DNA of 64,000 nt from assembly GCA_951406725.2 (NCBI GenBank), contig OX597828.1, forward strand, positions 4,464,001 through 4,528,000, in the 5' to 3' direction. The stretch is from Octopus vulgaris (taxonomy: Eukaryota). This document shows, one piece after another, positions 43,367-56,786 of this stretch (positions within the stretch are counted from its first letter, which is position 1; each line of letters opens with the position of its first letter). Made by a program: the position numbers and the translations under genes. The notes under the pieces are model-generated. The model searched no databases. It had not been told where the DNA came from and was given only the letters and a program-made list of their open reading frames with translations.

Positions 43367-46300
43367 ATATATATATTTATGTATGTATATGTATATATAT
43401 ATATACGTATATACATACATATATATATATATATATATACATATATATACGTACACGTATATATACATAATATATATATAAATATAACTACATACGTACA
43501 CACACACAAACATACATATATATGTGTGTTCGTGTGTAGGTTTATACGTATGTATATATACATACATATATATATATATTTGTTTGTATGTGTGTGTGTA
43601 AACAGCAAGAAAGCGAGAGGGTGATGGGACACAGAAAGTTGAGGCACGTGTTTACATTGGCATCTTTATGACAAGCGACATAATATTTAATGTAGTTCAT
43701 TAGTTAATTTAAATATATACACTAATGTATGTGTGTGTTTGTAGATGTGGTTGTACGCCTGTATGGGTGCGCGCACGTGCTATAATGTGTTAAACCCGTT
43801 ATCTTTACTGCCAGCGTAATATGTAAATCACTTTGAACGAGGCATATATATATATATATCTGCAAAGTAATTCCTTGATGAAAATGCAAACCATTTACAA
43901 TATTTCATTTTAAACTTAATTTTGCTATTTGTTCCATAGAAGAGCATTAACATGGCGGAAATGGCACAGGGTTTACTGCCTATCAACCTTGTATTGTCTT
44001 TCATCTTTCCGATATCCATAAAATATAACCATAAAATACATCTTTGAATATAATCACTTTCACAAGTGTAAGAAATGAAAGAAATAGGAACGAATCACGT
44101 CGCTGGAAGCCTATAATTTTCTATTTAGTTATTTAAGAATATGCTATCATACCGAATTACCGCTACATACTCTTTGAATATTGATAGAAGTTATAATGAA
44201 ATGATTTTAAAACGTGGCCATCTGATCTTATGTAAACAAGTGAGAAATATATCAATATCTTACTGAACTTATAACATATAAGTATACAAATCGAATTATT
44301 GAAATATTGAAGTAGCTAAATATTATGTAATAATGGCATGGAGAGCTAACCGAGTGAGGACTCTAAATTACTCTGAAGTAATATCAAGTTGATATCACAA
44401 AATTGAGAAATTGCAGTTTTCCTTGACACAGTATTTCACGAATATAACAACACAAACTTTAATATGTGGATTTAGGATAAAAGCACCGAAGCAACTTCCA
44501 AATTAATTTATACAAATACGTGTGTTTGACTCCATACTAACTTATGGATAGGCAAACAACACACCAGCACCGGTTGTCAAGTGGATATAGGGGACAGAAA
44601 AATGCACAAAAAGATACACTGACCCAATCACACACATACACACAAACGCACGCACGCACGCACAACATTTATATATGTATGATTATCTGAACTTTGTGTA
44701 TAAGCCTTGTGGTAAGTCCACTGAATCATATTCACAGTTTGGTCAACCCGATGTCATCCACAGTAGCGATATAATTTTCACTGGATCTGCATCAGAAAAT
44801 ACGCAGTTTTTGTTAAATTTATATTTGATGAAGAAAGCGGAAGTTGGAGTTAGTACGAATCTTTATTCACCACACCCTTACAACATCAGACGTATCCTAC
44901 GCTCTGTCAGTGTACAATTAACAAGAACGACATGCCAAAGGGACCTCAGTATATCTAGTGGGATATATTTGTCTACATCTACATTAAGTGACACAGCCTG
45001 CACTTACTGAAGCAACGCAACCAGATGTACAATATTTTTACCCCTATGGCTAAGATGCAGGATAGATCGAAACGATTGTCGTGCTGAATAAATGTCTCTT
45101 TGGGTGATAAATAGATATAACTCGTTAAAGTAACAGTTCCTCAATGTATCTTCTCACTTCTTGTAAAGAAAAGCAGCAAAACAAAGGATAGAAGTTCATT
45201 TATATAGAAGATCAAAAATATGATAACAGATGCTAAAAAGAAACGCACACGCTATACAGCGAGAAAAGTATTCAAAAAAACACTTGACGGATAAGGATGT
45301 ATAAACGCCGTCGTGGATGGCGCATGTACACTTGCTCATACAAGCTTCAAAGAAGAGGTAAGAATACGTACACATGTGGTTTGGTGCACACACGTTCAAA
45401 CAGCGAGTTAAATAGCCATTTGGTTCTTATAAGAACGGGGAGGTTAAAGCTAAACTTAATTCATCGATGCCTTAAAGTAAATTATGTCAACAGTTACCCA
45501 AATTCATTTTCACTGAATTGTGTGAAAGTACATTTATATGCGTGTGGATATTTGGAGAGCATTTCTGAAATTCTATTAATGATCATCTCAGTGGTCTACA
45601 GAATAGACAGGGATTCCTCGGAGCACAGTCGGCATCGCCAGGAAATGAAATTGTATGGGTTTTGCTTGCCTTACTATGGACTAAGTTATGATATACTTAA
45701 TTTTATCTTCCTTCAGTCACCACACAAAATCGGCCAAATATGTTGAATGTCTCGTAATGATTCTCTTGAAGCTGGCGACATGGTTTCAATAAAGATTCTT
45801 AAATGAATCAACCGTTTGGTCAATGTAAGCCTACGGCCCTTAGATGTAGAGCTTTCCACTCGTCATATTTGCAAGTTGTTTGTAACGAAAAGACATGAAT
45901 TTACTCATACATAAGTTGACAGCTGACTATGAGATTTGACAAGGGATAAGTTGTTCACAGATGTCATGAACAACGTAGCAACGAGCATGGTTCATTTATA
46001 TACAAGATTTGTACTCAAAAAGGGGTTCATAAATGGGCACTTTGATTTCTCTTTGCGTGAGTATTTATTATATTCACTTATATATATATGACAGTTCTGG
46101 CTTCATTTTCCAACGTTGTCGCCGTATTAACTGTATCATAATCATGCCTACTAACACAATTTTGCCGCATTTGTTGCTTTCCATTGCGGCTCACATCTTC
46201 AGTATTTAGATGCGTATGTTTGCTATATCCAGTAGATGGATTATTGAACTGTTTTCTGTGTATGTATGCGTGCGCGCACGCGTATGTGTTGGGTAGATTG

Positions 46301-46539
46301 GATATATATGCTTATATCATAATCTTGCTAGTTATCTTTTGCTCTTTGCTACGTTGTTCATGCACCTGTGAGCAACTTATCCCCAGCCGAATCTCATAGT
46401 CAGCTGACAACTTATAACATGTTTGCACATTTGTATATTCGTTACAGACAACTTGCAAATGTGACTAGTGGAAAGCTCTGTATACTACAAATTGGCAGGA
46501 GAGAATGCATGCCCTTTGGGTCCTTCTTATCAAAGGCAT

Positions 46540-47055
46540 TATTGCGCACCGGAATCCCTCGCTGAGATGTCTGTTTATTACTGCTTTATGTGAAGTTACG
46601 CATACTGAAAACAAACATCGGGTCATATTGTTTCCAACTTCGATTAGATAATGTTCTACTTTCCAGCCTGTGTCTTCAAAGTCGTCAAAGAGATGTTTGT
46701 AATGGTGGGTCTTTCGAGGAAGCCTTATCTCAGGTGGGTTTGCTACATTCTTTTCCTCGCACAATATGATGATATCTGGTTTCTTCGTAACTGAAATGGG
46801 GAAGAATCTTTTGCACCATGGTAAATATGTAGTTATCTCCAAAATGCCGTCCCAATGTTCATCATACGTAGGATATTTCTTATTCAGACGGATCTGCTGT
46901 CCTGGGTGCACGAAAGGAATGAAACTCTTGGCTATACTTTTGTTTTTCATCTGTGGTTCCTTTCCATTTTTGATTAGAGCAATTTGGTCCTTTGCAGCGT
47001 TGAGGAAGATATGAAGAACCACATTGTGTCTCTAGGTATATCTATCTAGCTGAAC
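46540..47055 (-). pseudogene. HERO/NeSL-like RLE non-LTR 3' fragment
   Basis: DRYT*RHNVVL, KKPDIIIL, YKHL, GWKVEHYLIEVG. Confidence 0.7.
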
Positions 47056-47169
47056 AACGGGCTCAGATAGATTTGCGGCTGTTCTTTTAAAGAAATGCAA
47101 GCGAGCTCTCTCGCAAAACTATTGCAGATACTTTTTTTCTGAGTTTTGTTACTTGACGTAAACTTCCTA

Positions 47170-48480
47170 TAATTTTAAAAGAAGGTATATAGGAGGAAGA
47201 AGAGCAGATGCTAATAATTACTGGCCGATCTTTCTGACTTCACATGTCGGCAAAGTCAAGGAAAGTATTTTCAGAGCGGGGGGGCCTATTACGTCCCTGG
47301 AAGAAAGATAACTTGGAGGAAACACCTCATTTAGCCACTGTAGCATTTTGACTAGGTACTGAAAGAGTACTTTAACCATTGGAATGTGGATGTGGTGTAT
47401 CTTGACTTTGCCTAATCCTTTGATAAAGTTAATCATTGGATGATGATATGGCACAAACTGCGTGACCATTTTATCGCAGGAAAACCGGAAGAGTAGCTAT
47501 ATGTCCTTTTGAAGGAAAGATGTCAAGCAATTACAGTCATTGCTGGTTTCTCTGCGGAGACATCAATTCTCAGCGGAGTACCTCAAAAAACGGTAATGAG
47601 GCACCTACTGATAATGGTGGCTCTCTCAGACATAACCTCAGCCATACAATCAACAGCTCTCACAAGAGATATTGATTATATAAAAGACTCATAGGCAGTC
47701 AAGGGCCCTGAGGATATAGTAAAACTAAAAAACAATCTAATGCAATACACAAATTAGTTGATGAAAGTAACATGAATCAATGATAAGACGTTTCAAGAAT
47801 TCCCCTACCGGTCCACAAACAGACAAGAATTGAGATACACAGTCCAATCAAAGACACGGTATCGGTGCGTGACCTGGGAATCCACATGAATAATGATGCA
47901 ACATTATATGTGATCACTACCATGATGCCAACACTGTGCAGGCGAGTAGCTGGATGGATTCTGATTTGATTCAGAACCTAGAAAATGGATGACATGCTAT
48001 TACTGTAGAAAACTTCTGTACTCAGTCGTCTGGATTACTGCTTCCAACTGTGATAATCGTAAAGCGACAAACGTGTAACGCCACTACGCAAAGATCAATC
48101 CGGTAAAGCAAATGTACTACTGAGAGTGGATAAAGATTTATTTCCTTCAGGAAAGGAATGAAAGATATACAGTGATATAACGTATGGGAGATCCTGAAAA
48201 AATCTAGCTTCCAACTTTGAAATTGAAAGCTATACCGACCACCGGACTGGACGACACTGCATAGTACCAAAGATCCCGTTTAGTCCAAATTAAATAACGA
48301 CTCAGTACTGTAACAGATTAGGTTTCCAGTGACCGCAAATATTGAACATTCTGTCAAAGAGCTTCAGAGATTTGCCAGGTGTAGATTTGGACGTCTTCAA
48401 AGAACGTTGGGACAAATTTTCATTTGAGATGCCAAATGAACCCTTGTCACTGCGGGAGATGCAAAGAAGTGGAGATCTGT
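47170..48480 (+). pseudogene. Decayed CR1-like RT region
   Basis: NYWPIFLTSHVGK, VDVVYLDFA*SFDKVNH, SGVPQKTV, VRDLGI and F.GPQILNIL..DL.GV..FK. Confidence 0.8.
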
Positions 48481-48562
48481 CGAAGCTAGCTACTACAGAA
48501 GAAACAGTACTGCAAAGAAATCCAGTCACACTGATGGTGTTGCAGCATGAAAGCACCAGAGG

Positions 48563-48606
<44 letters not shown>

Positions 48607-48615
48607 AGAGAGAGA

Positions 48616-48654
<39 letters not shown>

Positions 48655-48657
48655 GAC

Positions 48658-48726
48658 AACCATGATTGTCACACGCTGATGAGAAGTAAACACCTTGAAA
48701 CTCGAGTCCGAGTGTATCATGAGTTG
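48658..48726 (+). ncRNA. Type I hammerhead ribozyme, copy 1
   Basis: CACACG-CTGATGA(48676-48682)-GAAGT AAAC ACCTT-GAAAC-TCGA-GTC(48706-48708)-CGAGTG. One mismatch each in stems I and II. Confidence 0.8.
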
Positions 48727-49009
48727 AAGGCGGGGAAGATGACTTCCCTTCACAAATACTGAGAGGACACAGATAGTGTGTCTATAGCCACCTGGAGGAG
48801 ATATCTTCCTGGGGCTACAAACTACAGTAGCATCCACCCTTAGGGGTTAGCTATATTCAAATGGCAAATATGCGTCACGATGTGTTACCGCTACTGCTTA
48901 TAACTCGCTCTGAGATTTATCATTGTTTGATTTCACTTTTTCAATATCAGTGTCATATCGACACTGGAAAAAGTATATGTATTTGTGAAGGGAGCTGACT
49001 TCTCGTCGA

Positions 49010-49079
49010 CAACCATGACTGCCACACGCTGATGAGAGGTAAACACCTTGAAACTCGAGTCCGTGTGTATCATGAGTTG
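49010..49079 (+). ncRNA. Type I hammerhead ribozyme, copy 2 (intact)
   Basis: CACACG-CTGATGA(49029-49035)-GAGGT AAAC ACCTT-GAAAC-TCGA-GTC(49059-49061)-CGTGTG. Full core, 6-bp stem I extended by CATGA/TCATG and CAAC/GTTG. Confidence 0.92.
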
Positions 49080-49848
49080 AAGGCGGGGAAGATGACTTCC
49101 CTTCACAAATACTGAGAGGACACAGATAGTGTGTCTATAGCTAGCTGGAGGAGATATCTTCCTGGGGCTACAAACTACAGTAGCATCCACCCTTAGGGGT
49201 TAGCCATGTTCAAATGGCAAATATGCGTCACTATATATATATATATGAGCAATATATAATTTTTGACAAAAATTTACGATTATTCAGGGAAGCAACACTT
49301 CTATCACAGCACAATGGTAAAATTAACAGAGCTAAATATTAACAAGTAGGTGTTGTGATGTAAATCTAAGGGTAACGAAAAATTGTATACCAAAGCTTAC
49401 TTAAAATTTACTATAAAACAAATTAATACTTGGGTGCCATCGTAGAAACGTAACAATCGAAACGTTTATTGCGAGATATTCTACATCAATCCGATTTCAA
49501 TATAAAATACATTTCAGAAGACAAATCCGCTTCTCTTACTGTTGATGAGATCGGCAGAAGTGTAGATACGATGATTATAATTCTATAAACTTTATTGTTC
49601 CAAAGACACTGCCAAAATCTTATAACGGAAATAGGAAAAATATTTAATAAACAGATAAAACTGGAACAGAATCATGTTTGCAATAAAATATACAAACACA
49701 TAGAGGTACATGAATGTGTTGCACAAAGATATATGCAACAAATAGACATGAGCATGTATAGATCTTTAGGTGTATTTGTATATGATTATAGATGTATAGG
49801 TATATTTGTATATGAGTATAGGCTTACATATGCGTGTGTACTAGCGTA

Positions 49849-49897
<49 letters not shown>

Positions 49898-50255
49898 ATG
49901 TATATATATATCATAATATATATATATATATATATATCTCATAATATAATATACTATATATATATATACATAAATCATAATGTAATATAATATATATAAT
50001 ATGATATAATATACATACATATATATATATATATATATATGGCCTGCTCGCTTAGCCAGCGGGGTGGCGTCATTCGATGGCTAAAACAATGCGAACGCAT
50101 TGTGATCAGCGATGTGTAACAGCACCTGATGGTCTGGTCGGTCTCGTGATCGTGATCGTGATATATATATATATAGTATAATATAATTTATATATATGTA
50201 TATTATAATATAATATAATATATGATAAATATATATCTATATATATCATAATATA

Positions 50256-50311
<56 letters not shown>

Positions 50312-50338
50312 TCTGTGTGTGTACAGTGAGAGAGAGAG

Positions 50339-50370
<32 letters not shown>

Positions 50371-51262
50371 AGAAAGTAGGAGAGACGAACATGAGCAGAA
50401 GAGATTGAAGGTAAGAGAAATAGAGGAATTAAAATTGCTAAGATGCGCGGAACCCGATTTGTCTGAAATTAATAATAATTACTTCATTTACGTTTAAAAC
50501 GTAACGGATATTTTCATTTCCGTGTACATGTAAAACAAAAAAAAATACTCCGATTTTACTTGATTCAATCAAAGTAGTATTCTCAGTGTTGGATAAACCA
50601 AAATGGAAATTGTATTTACTGTATGTATAAATAAAATTAGTTTAAACATCTAATCGGATTTTCAGTGAAGTAAACATGATTTTAAATATATAGATTTATG
50701 TATCTCTTTCATTTTCTTACATTTTATTTTACATTATTATGCGCTTTGCACAGTTGTTTTATGTCTCTCTCTGTCTCTGTCTCTCTTTCACGTTTTATCT
50801 CTCCATCTTGCTCTGTCTATCTATCTATTTATCTATTTATCCATCTATCTAATTTTATTTCTCTCTGTTAGTCTGTTTCATTGTTTACCGGCTTCTGTTT
50901 CTATATGTGTGGATAGAAATGACGTGTATTTAGTTTTTACTTGTCTATATATTTGTACGTATGTGTTGGTGGGATAGAGTTGGTTACACTTATATAGACA
51001 TTTAATATTATTAATGTCACAAAATTTGAAAAGGATATTATCTTAAGTTAGAAATATACATCCTTTTAAATTTAAAGTTTACTCAGTTGCACTTATTCCA
51101 TAATAATATTATATGACTGAATATATTATTTATGAAAACAAAATTATGACTAAATACCTCATACAATAGTATAATATATATATATATATATATAATATAT
51201 ATATATAGATTCATTTGAATCTAAATTGTTGCTGAAAAAAAATATATATATACATATATATT

Positions 51263-51307
<45 letters not shown>

Positions 51308-51322
51308 TTACATATATACATG

Positions 51323-51394
<72 letters not shown>

Positions 51395-54069
51395 TATAAG
51401 TATGTATGTATGACTGCATGTATGCATTGTAGATGACAATTTCTATTACATGATTTTAAGTTTTATGCTAAACAGAGCATTATTCGGATGGATGAGATTT
51501 TAGCAAACTTTCTCTTGGACAGTTGTTCCTTTCATTTTATCTCCGAGTTGCACTTGACTAAGCATATTTCTGAAGAGACGCCTCCCAATTATCGCAAATC
51601 TTGGTTATATATAATCTTACTATATACAATACATTCTTTCTTTTTCAAGACGGTAATATTGGTGGTATTTCACTGCTGTTTCTGGTTGGTTGTGCTGCAT
51701 ACAGATGTTTAGGTCAAGTGTTCTTTATCTGTAGGAGAAAGTTATCTATCACATTTGTGGAAATATAAAGGGAATTATACTAGAAGCACATGAACAAGAG
51801 TAAAGATATATGACTTGTCATGTATATGCAGACACAAAAAATACATTCCCTAAAGTTAACTCAATTTATAATCCCTGTTTCTCTCAGTCAAACTGATCAG
51901 TATTCAGTTGATTGACCAACCAAATCCGTGACCGTGAAATTAACCCCTAAATGTCTGTTACTTATATCTTTAACACAATTCTCAAGTCAATATTGTATCA
52001 ATGTTATAACGTTTGAATTACCAACAGAAACCATACAGTGAGAGAAAGACAGAGAAAGCGAGAGAGGGAGAGAGAGAGGTGAATAGACAAATAGTGTCAA
52101 TGAGCCAGAGAGGGAGGGAGAGAGCGAGAGAGCGAGGGAAGAGTGAGATTGGGAGAGGGAGGGAGAGGAGAAGCGAAATGGAGAGTGTGACCATTAGAAA
52201 TCTTTCCAGTTCTGAACAAGGTACCTTTCCGACATCTAGGCGACGAACCTTAAGTGACCTCGCTGGTATTTGAAACTCAATAAATAACTGGTTGAAATAT
52301 CCGGCATTGCAGGAGTTCAAGACCTTTGGTATTACAGGTAACATTACAAAGCAATCAATTTAACTCATAAATCTTTTGAATAAACACTCAGCGAAGTTTC
52401 GAACTAAGTAACTCACCGAATATCTTTGAATATTCGGTGAGTGGCGGCTGTAATCAGACATCCACGTCTCAAAAATAGGAAAGTTCACTTTTGCAAAGCA
52501 TTTCAGACATACTCAAATATTTTCAATCACCTCATTTCTATTTAAATCTAATATTTACTCTAACTTGAAACGATACACGTTCGCCTTAGAGCCTAACCTT
52601 AAGTTCTTGCCTTAAATCCAAACTTTAAGCAACACTATAAGCGCGTCGTTAAAATTTAAGCGGCAGTTTTAATACTAAGGCTAAATTATAGCTAAAACTC
52701 TTGACGTAACCGATCGCTATCTCTAATGTATAAAAGAAAAAAACTAGTTATATACAATGAAACAGATTGGTTCAAATCTATGATAAATAGTTTAATTTTG
52801 AAGCTGTTATTTTTAGAACAGACGTTCATTGTCTAAAATTAAATCAATTCATAATTCCTGTTTTCCTCTCAGTCAAAATCATTAATATTTATGTCCGACC
52901 AACCACATTTGGAGTTCACACAATTTCATTACGGTCAGAAATGGAAATTGACGGATATGTTCTTCTGATTGTCTTCTGTCGGCATCGATGACAACATGAA
53001 AGTCCGGTGTAGAAGTGCATCCAGAAGCATACATCTAACTTGATAATACTCTATATGAAGCAAGTTTGGCAGTTTTAAAATAACCTATAACCTTTTGCAT
53101 GCACACATTACTCTATGCTATAATATACAAAATAGAAGCTAATCACGCATATTATATAGTCAATACTTTTTATTTGAGAAACTTCATTAACTCATAGTCG
53201 CCAGGGTCCTTCAGTCCGTATCCATCTAGCATTTTTTTCAATTATATTTGGCAAGTATATTCTTCATTTTACTCATTTACAAAAATTATGGGTTAATTTA
53301 AGAAACATAGAGCAGTTACTGCCTGTGATTTCAGGGATTTAATTCTCATTGTTCTCTCATTAATCTATATTATGAGTTATGCATTATAGTTGGAAAGTTA
53401 TAGAAAAGCAAATTTAGATCGTATTTTTGTCTACACTACTTCACTTATTTGTGAATTTATTATGTAATATTTCGAGTAGTAATGTATAAAATAATTGCAA
53501 ACATGGATGAATTGTATAAAAATCAAAAACAGCTCTCACATGTCAGGTAGGTATTGATGCTCATGAATGATAGATATAGTTATAATGTTCTGATGCTAGA
53601 AGAAAAACATCACCGATTTTACCCTCACTAGGAAATACCAATGAGTATTGCATATACGAAAGAGTGCATATGTGGAATTTCAATATGTCCAACATTATAT
53701 CACAGTTAAATCTCGAATATTATCCCACAGACATCTCAAATTAAAGAAAATACAGGTTACTGAAGAAATTACAGGTTATTCATGTTTGAACACATTTGTT
53801 CCTAAATCTTTGCGACGGGACAAGAAAATGGCAACAATAAAACAAAGCAACATAGCTACCTAAAATACTCTTATGTACTTCATGGGTGGGCGTTTTTTTT
53901 TTTCAGAAATAGACACTCAAATGTCTTCTTCACTGAAATACATTTTGGAGGCTAAAACTATCATTACTAGTTCAACAATTATGTTGAGGAATGCTCGTTA
54001 AATCAATACATGTATATATAATACGCTACACTTCTTTTTTGTTCTGCGTATACATCATTTATCTCGTAT

Positions 54070-54375
54070 ATTTTACCTGTTTCAATCATTCGATTGCAGC
54101 CATGCTGGGGCACCGTCTGAAATTTTAGTCGTGTGAATCGACCCAAGCACCTATTCTTTATGACTGGTATTTATTCTATCGATCACTTTGGCCGTACTGC
54201 TCAGTTACGAGGACATAAACACACCAACACAGTTGGTCAAGTGGTGATGGCGGACAAAATCAAACACCTACGAAACACACACCAATCCACTCAAAAGGAT
54301 TTAGTCGGCCCGAGGCTATAGTAGAAGACACTGGCCCAAGGCACTATGTAGTGGGACGTAACACGAACCATATGG
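54070..54375 (-). mobile_element. Degenerate SINE family 2
   Basis: cagccatgctggggcacc...tcggcccgaggctatagtagaagacact. Confidence 0.7.
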
Positions 54376-54429
54376 TTTATGTATTGAGTACCTTATTTAC
54401 TGTGGTTAACCCCGACTCAACCCGGGACC

Positions 54430-54479
<50 letters not shown>

Positions 54480-54494
54480 GACATACATATACAT

Positions 54495-54548
<54 letters not shown>

Positions 54549-54553
<5 letters not shown>

Positions 54554-55442
54554 AAATTTATGAATAAATGAAAGAATGGAGTTGAACGACAAATTAACAA
54601 ATTTCCTTTATTTTCGACATATGTTTCGAAGGCTGCATATTCCTAATTGTGAAGGAATAAGGAGTACATTATGCCGCTTTCTCATCAGGAAAAACAAGGA
54701 ATTTATGTCAACATCAAGATTCACAGATGACTAATATAGATAACCCCCTTGAATTTTAATTAATATATTTCCATTTATATATTTCACCCCTTTAGTTTAA
54801 AAAAAAAATGTTTTTGCTTTCAAAAACATACTACCCAATCCATTGAAGTTTGTTTTGTCTTTGTCCCAATACCTCGCCCTCCTCTTTCTTTCTTTTTCTC
54901 TCTCTTTCCCTCTATCTATAGTAATCAAGCACACATACACATATCTGCTACAACACCACTATCTGTTTTTTGACATCTACCCATCCACATACACATTCAC
55001 GCACACACATACACACACATAGGTATTAATACAGTTATATTCATTCACTCACACAGACACTCATTCACAAATGAATTTAACAAAACCCACCATACATACG
55101 ACCTGTTCCAAATCACCTTACTTTTCTTAGGCCTCTCTCCCCCTACTTCGTTTGAACTCTTGAACCTTTAGAACCTTCTAGAATTTTCTACATTCAACCA
55201 GTTTGACGTCACTCCTTATAAAAGGAATATTAAAGAGACACTCATTATCGCTATGCGCTCCGTGAGAGCAGTCATCTAAAAGTTTTTGTTAATCTTGATG
55301 TTGACATAAATTCCTTGTTTTTCCTGATGAGAAAGCGGCATAATGTACTCCTTATTCCTTCGAAACATATGTCGAAAATAAAGGAAATTTGTTAATTTGT
55401 CGTTCAACTCCATTCTTTCATTTATTCATAAATTTTATAAAA
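54549..55442. mobile_element. Non-coding element bounded by inverted hammerhead-bearing pLTR-like repeats
   Basis: 54549-54721 is the reverse complement of 55291-55442, apart from a 24-bp deletion in the latter. Confidence 0.8.
54603..54701 (-). ncRNA. Type I hammerhead ribozyme in a pLTR-like repeat
   Basis: Minus strand TTCCTTGTTTTTC-CTGATGA-GAAAGCGGCATA...TATGCAGCCTTC-GAAAC-ATAT-GTC-GAAAATAAAGGAA. Confidence 0.85.
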
Positions 55443-55581
55443 ATACACACAAATTTCCACACGAAAACACGTAGTCTCTGCCCTGGGCACGTAACTTCAA
55501 CCGTGTTATTTCTGATGTGAATTTGCTACCCAGGTATCGGTTAAACGAATTATCCATAAAAAGATATTTCATTTTTCTACT

Positions 55582-55618
<37 letters not shown>

Positions 55619-55639
55619 TATTTTTTTTTTTTTTTTTTT

Positions 55640-55861
55640 TTTTTGTACTTGTTTCAGTCATTTGACTGCGGCCATGCTGGAGCACCGCCTTTAGAGTGGT
55701 GAAAGAGTACAGCAGGGATCACCACCTCCTGCCGGAGCCTCGTGGAGCTTTTAGGTATTTTTTCGCTCAATAAACACACACAACGCCCGGTCTGGGAATC
55801 GAAACCGCGATCCTCCGACCGCAAGTCCGCTGCCCTAACCACTAGGCCATTGCGCCTCCAC
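55640..55861 (-). mobile_element. SINE family 3 head joined to the family-2-type tail
   Basis: Minus strand TGGCCTAGTGGTTAGGGCAGCGG...GGTTTCGATTCCC, followed by GCGGTGCTCCAGCATGGCCGCAGTCAAATGACTGAAACAAG. Confidence 0.8.
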
Positions 55862-56255
55862 AATGTAATGGATAATAAAACGAATGGTCTATACCTGGTA
55901 CTGTCTAGGAAAATAATCAGAGGTTTGGCAAGGGAAGGGTATCTGGCTGTAGGAAATCAGTCTGATACATGTGATCATGCAAATGTGGATATTTCGTGCA
56001 TGCGTACGCGCAGACACAGACACACATACATACAGATAGTCAAATACGCGCGCACACACACACACACATTACATGGACGATAATATTTTAAACCGGCGCA
56101 TTTAAAACTGTATATAATCAAGCGCTTCAATTCTCAATATATACATCCAATTTCTTTTCCCCATTGTTTTGAAGCACCATTTTCTTACATTAATTTAACT
56201 ATCAGTATTTTGAGCGAAATGAGTATGCTACTCACGTGCATAATTAAAAAAGAAA

Positions 56256-56367
<112 letters not shown>

Positions 56368-56716
56368 GAATTGTAAAATAAATATCTACATTTCTCTACG
56401 TTCATGTTTTGTACCAGTTTTTTAAAATATTGTGTTGTAATATCATAATGGTCGCGATATCGAATAGAAAATAATTTCACTCTAGCATTTCACTTACCAT
56501 TTTTATTACTATTTGCTAATCTTGATTCTTTAAACGTATTAGGAAACATATACAGGCCAGTCACACACGTATGTCTATGTATGTATGTATGTATGTATGT
56601 ATGTATGTATGTATGTATGTATGTATGTATGTATGTATGTATGTATGTATGTATCTATTTATTTATCTATCTATCTATCTGTGTGTCTGTGTGTCTGTGT
56701 GTCTGCCTGTCTGCCT

Positions 56717-56786
<70 letters not shown>

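Larger units (their letters stand above)
48652..49231 (+). mobile_element. Retrozyme-like partial tandem (about 1.6 x 353-nt monomer) between (TA)n tracts
   Basis: ~225-bp near-identical direct repeats at ~48652-48878 and ~49005-49231, each with a hammerhead; no credible ORF. Confidence 0.85.

Noticed and set aside
45045-45095. GAAACGATTGTC followed by AATAAA, pLTR-like
   Set aside because: Core and stems are not recoverable; single decayed instance.
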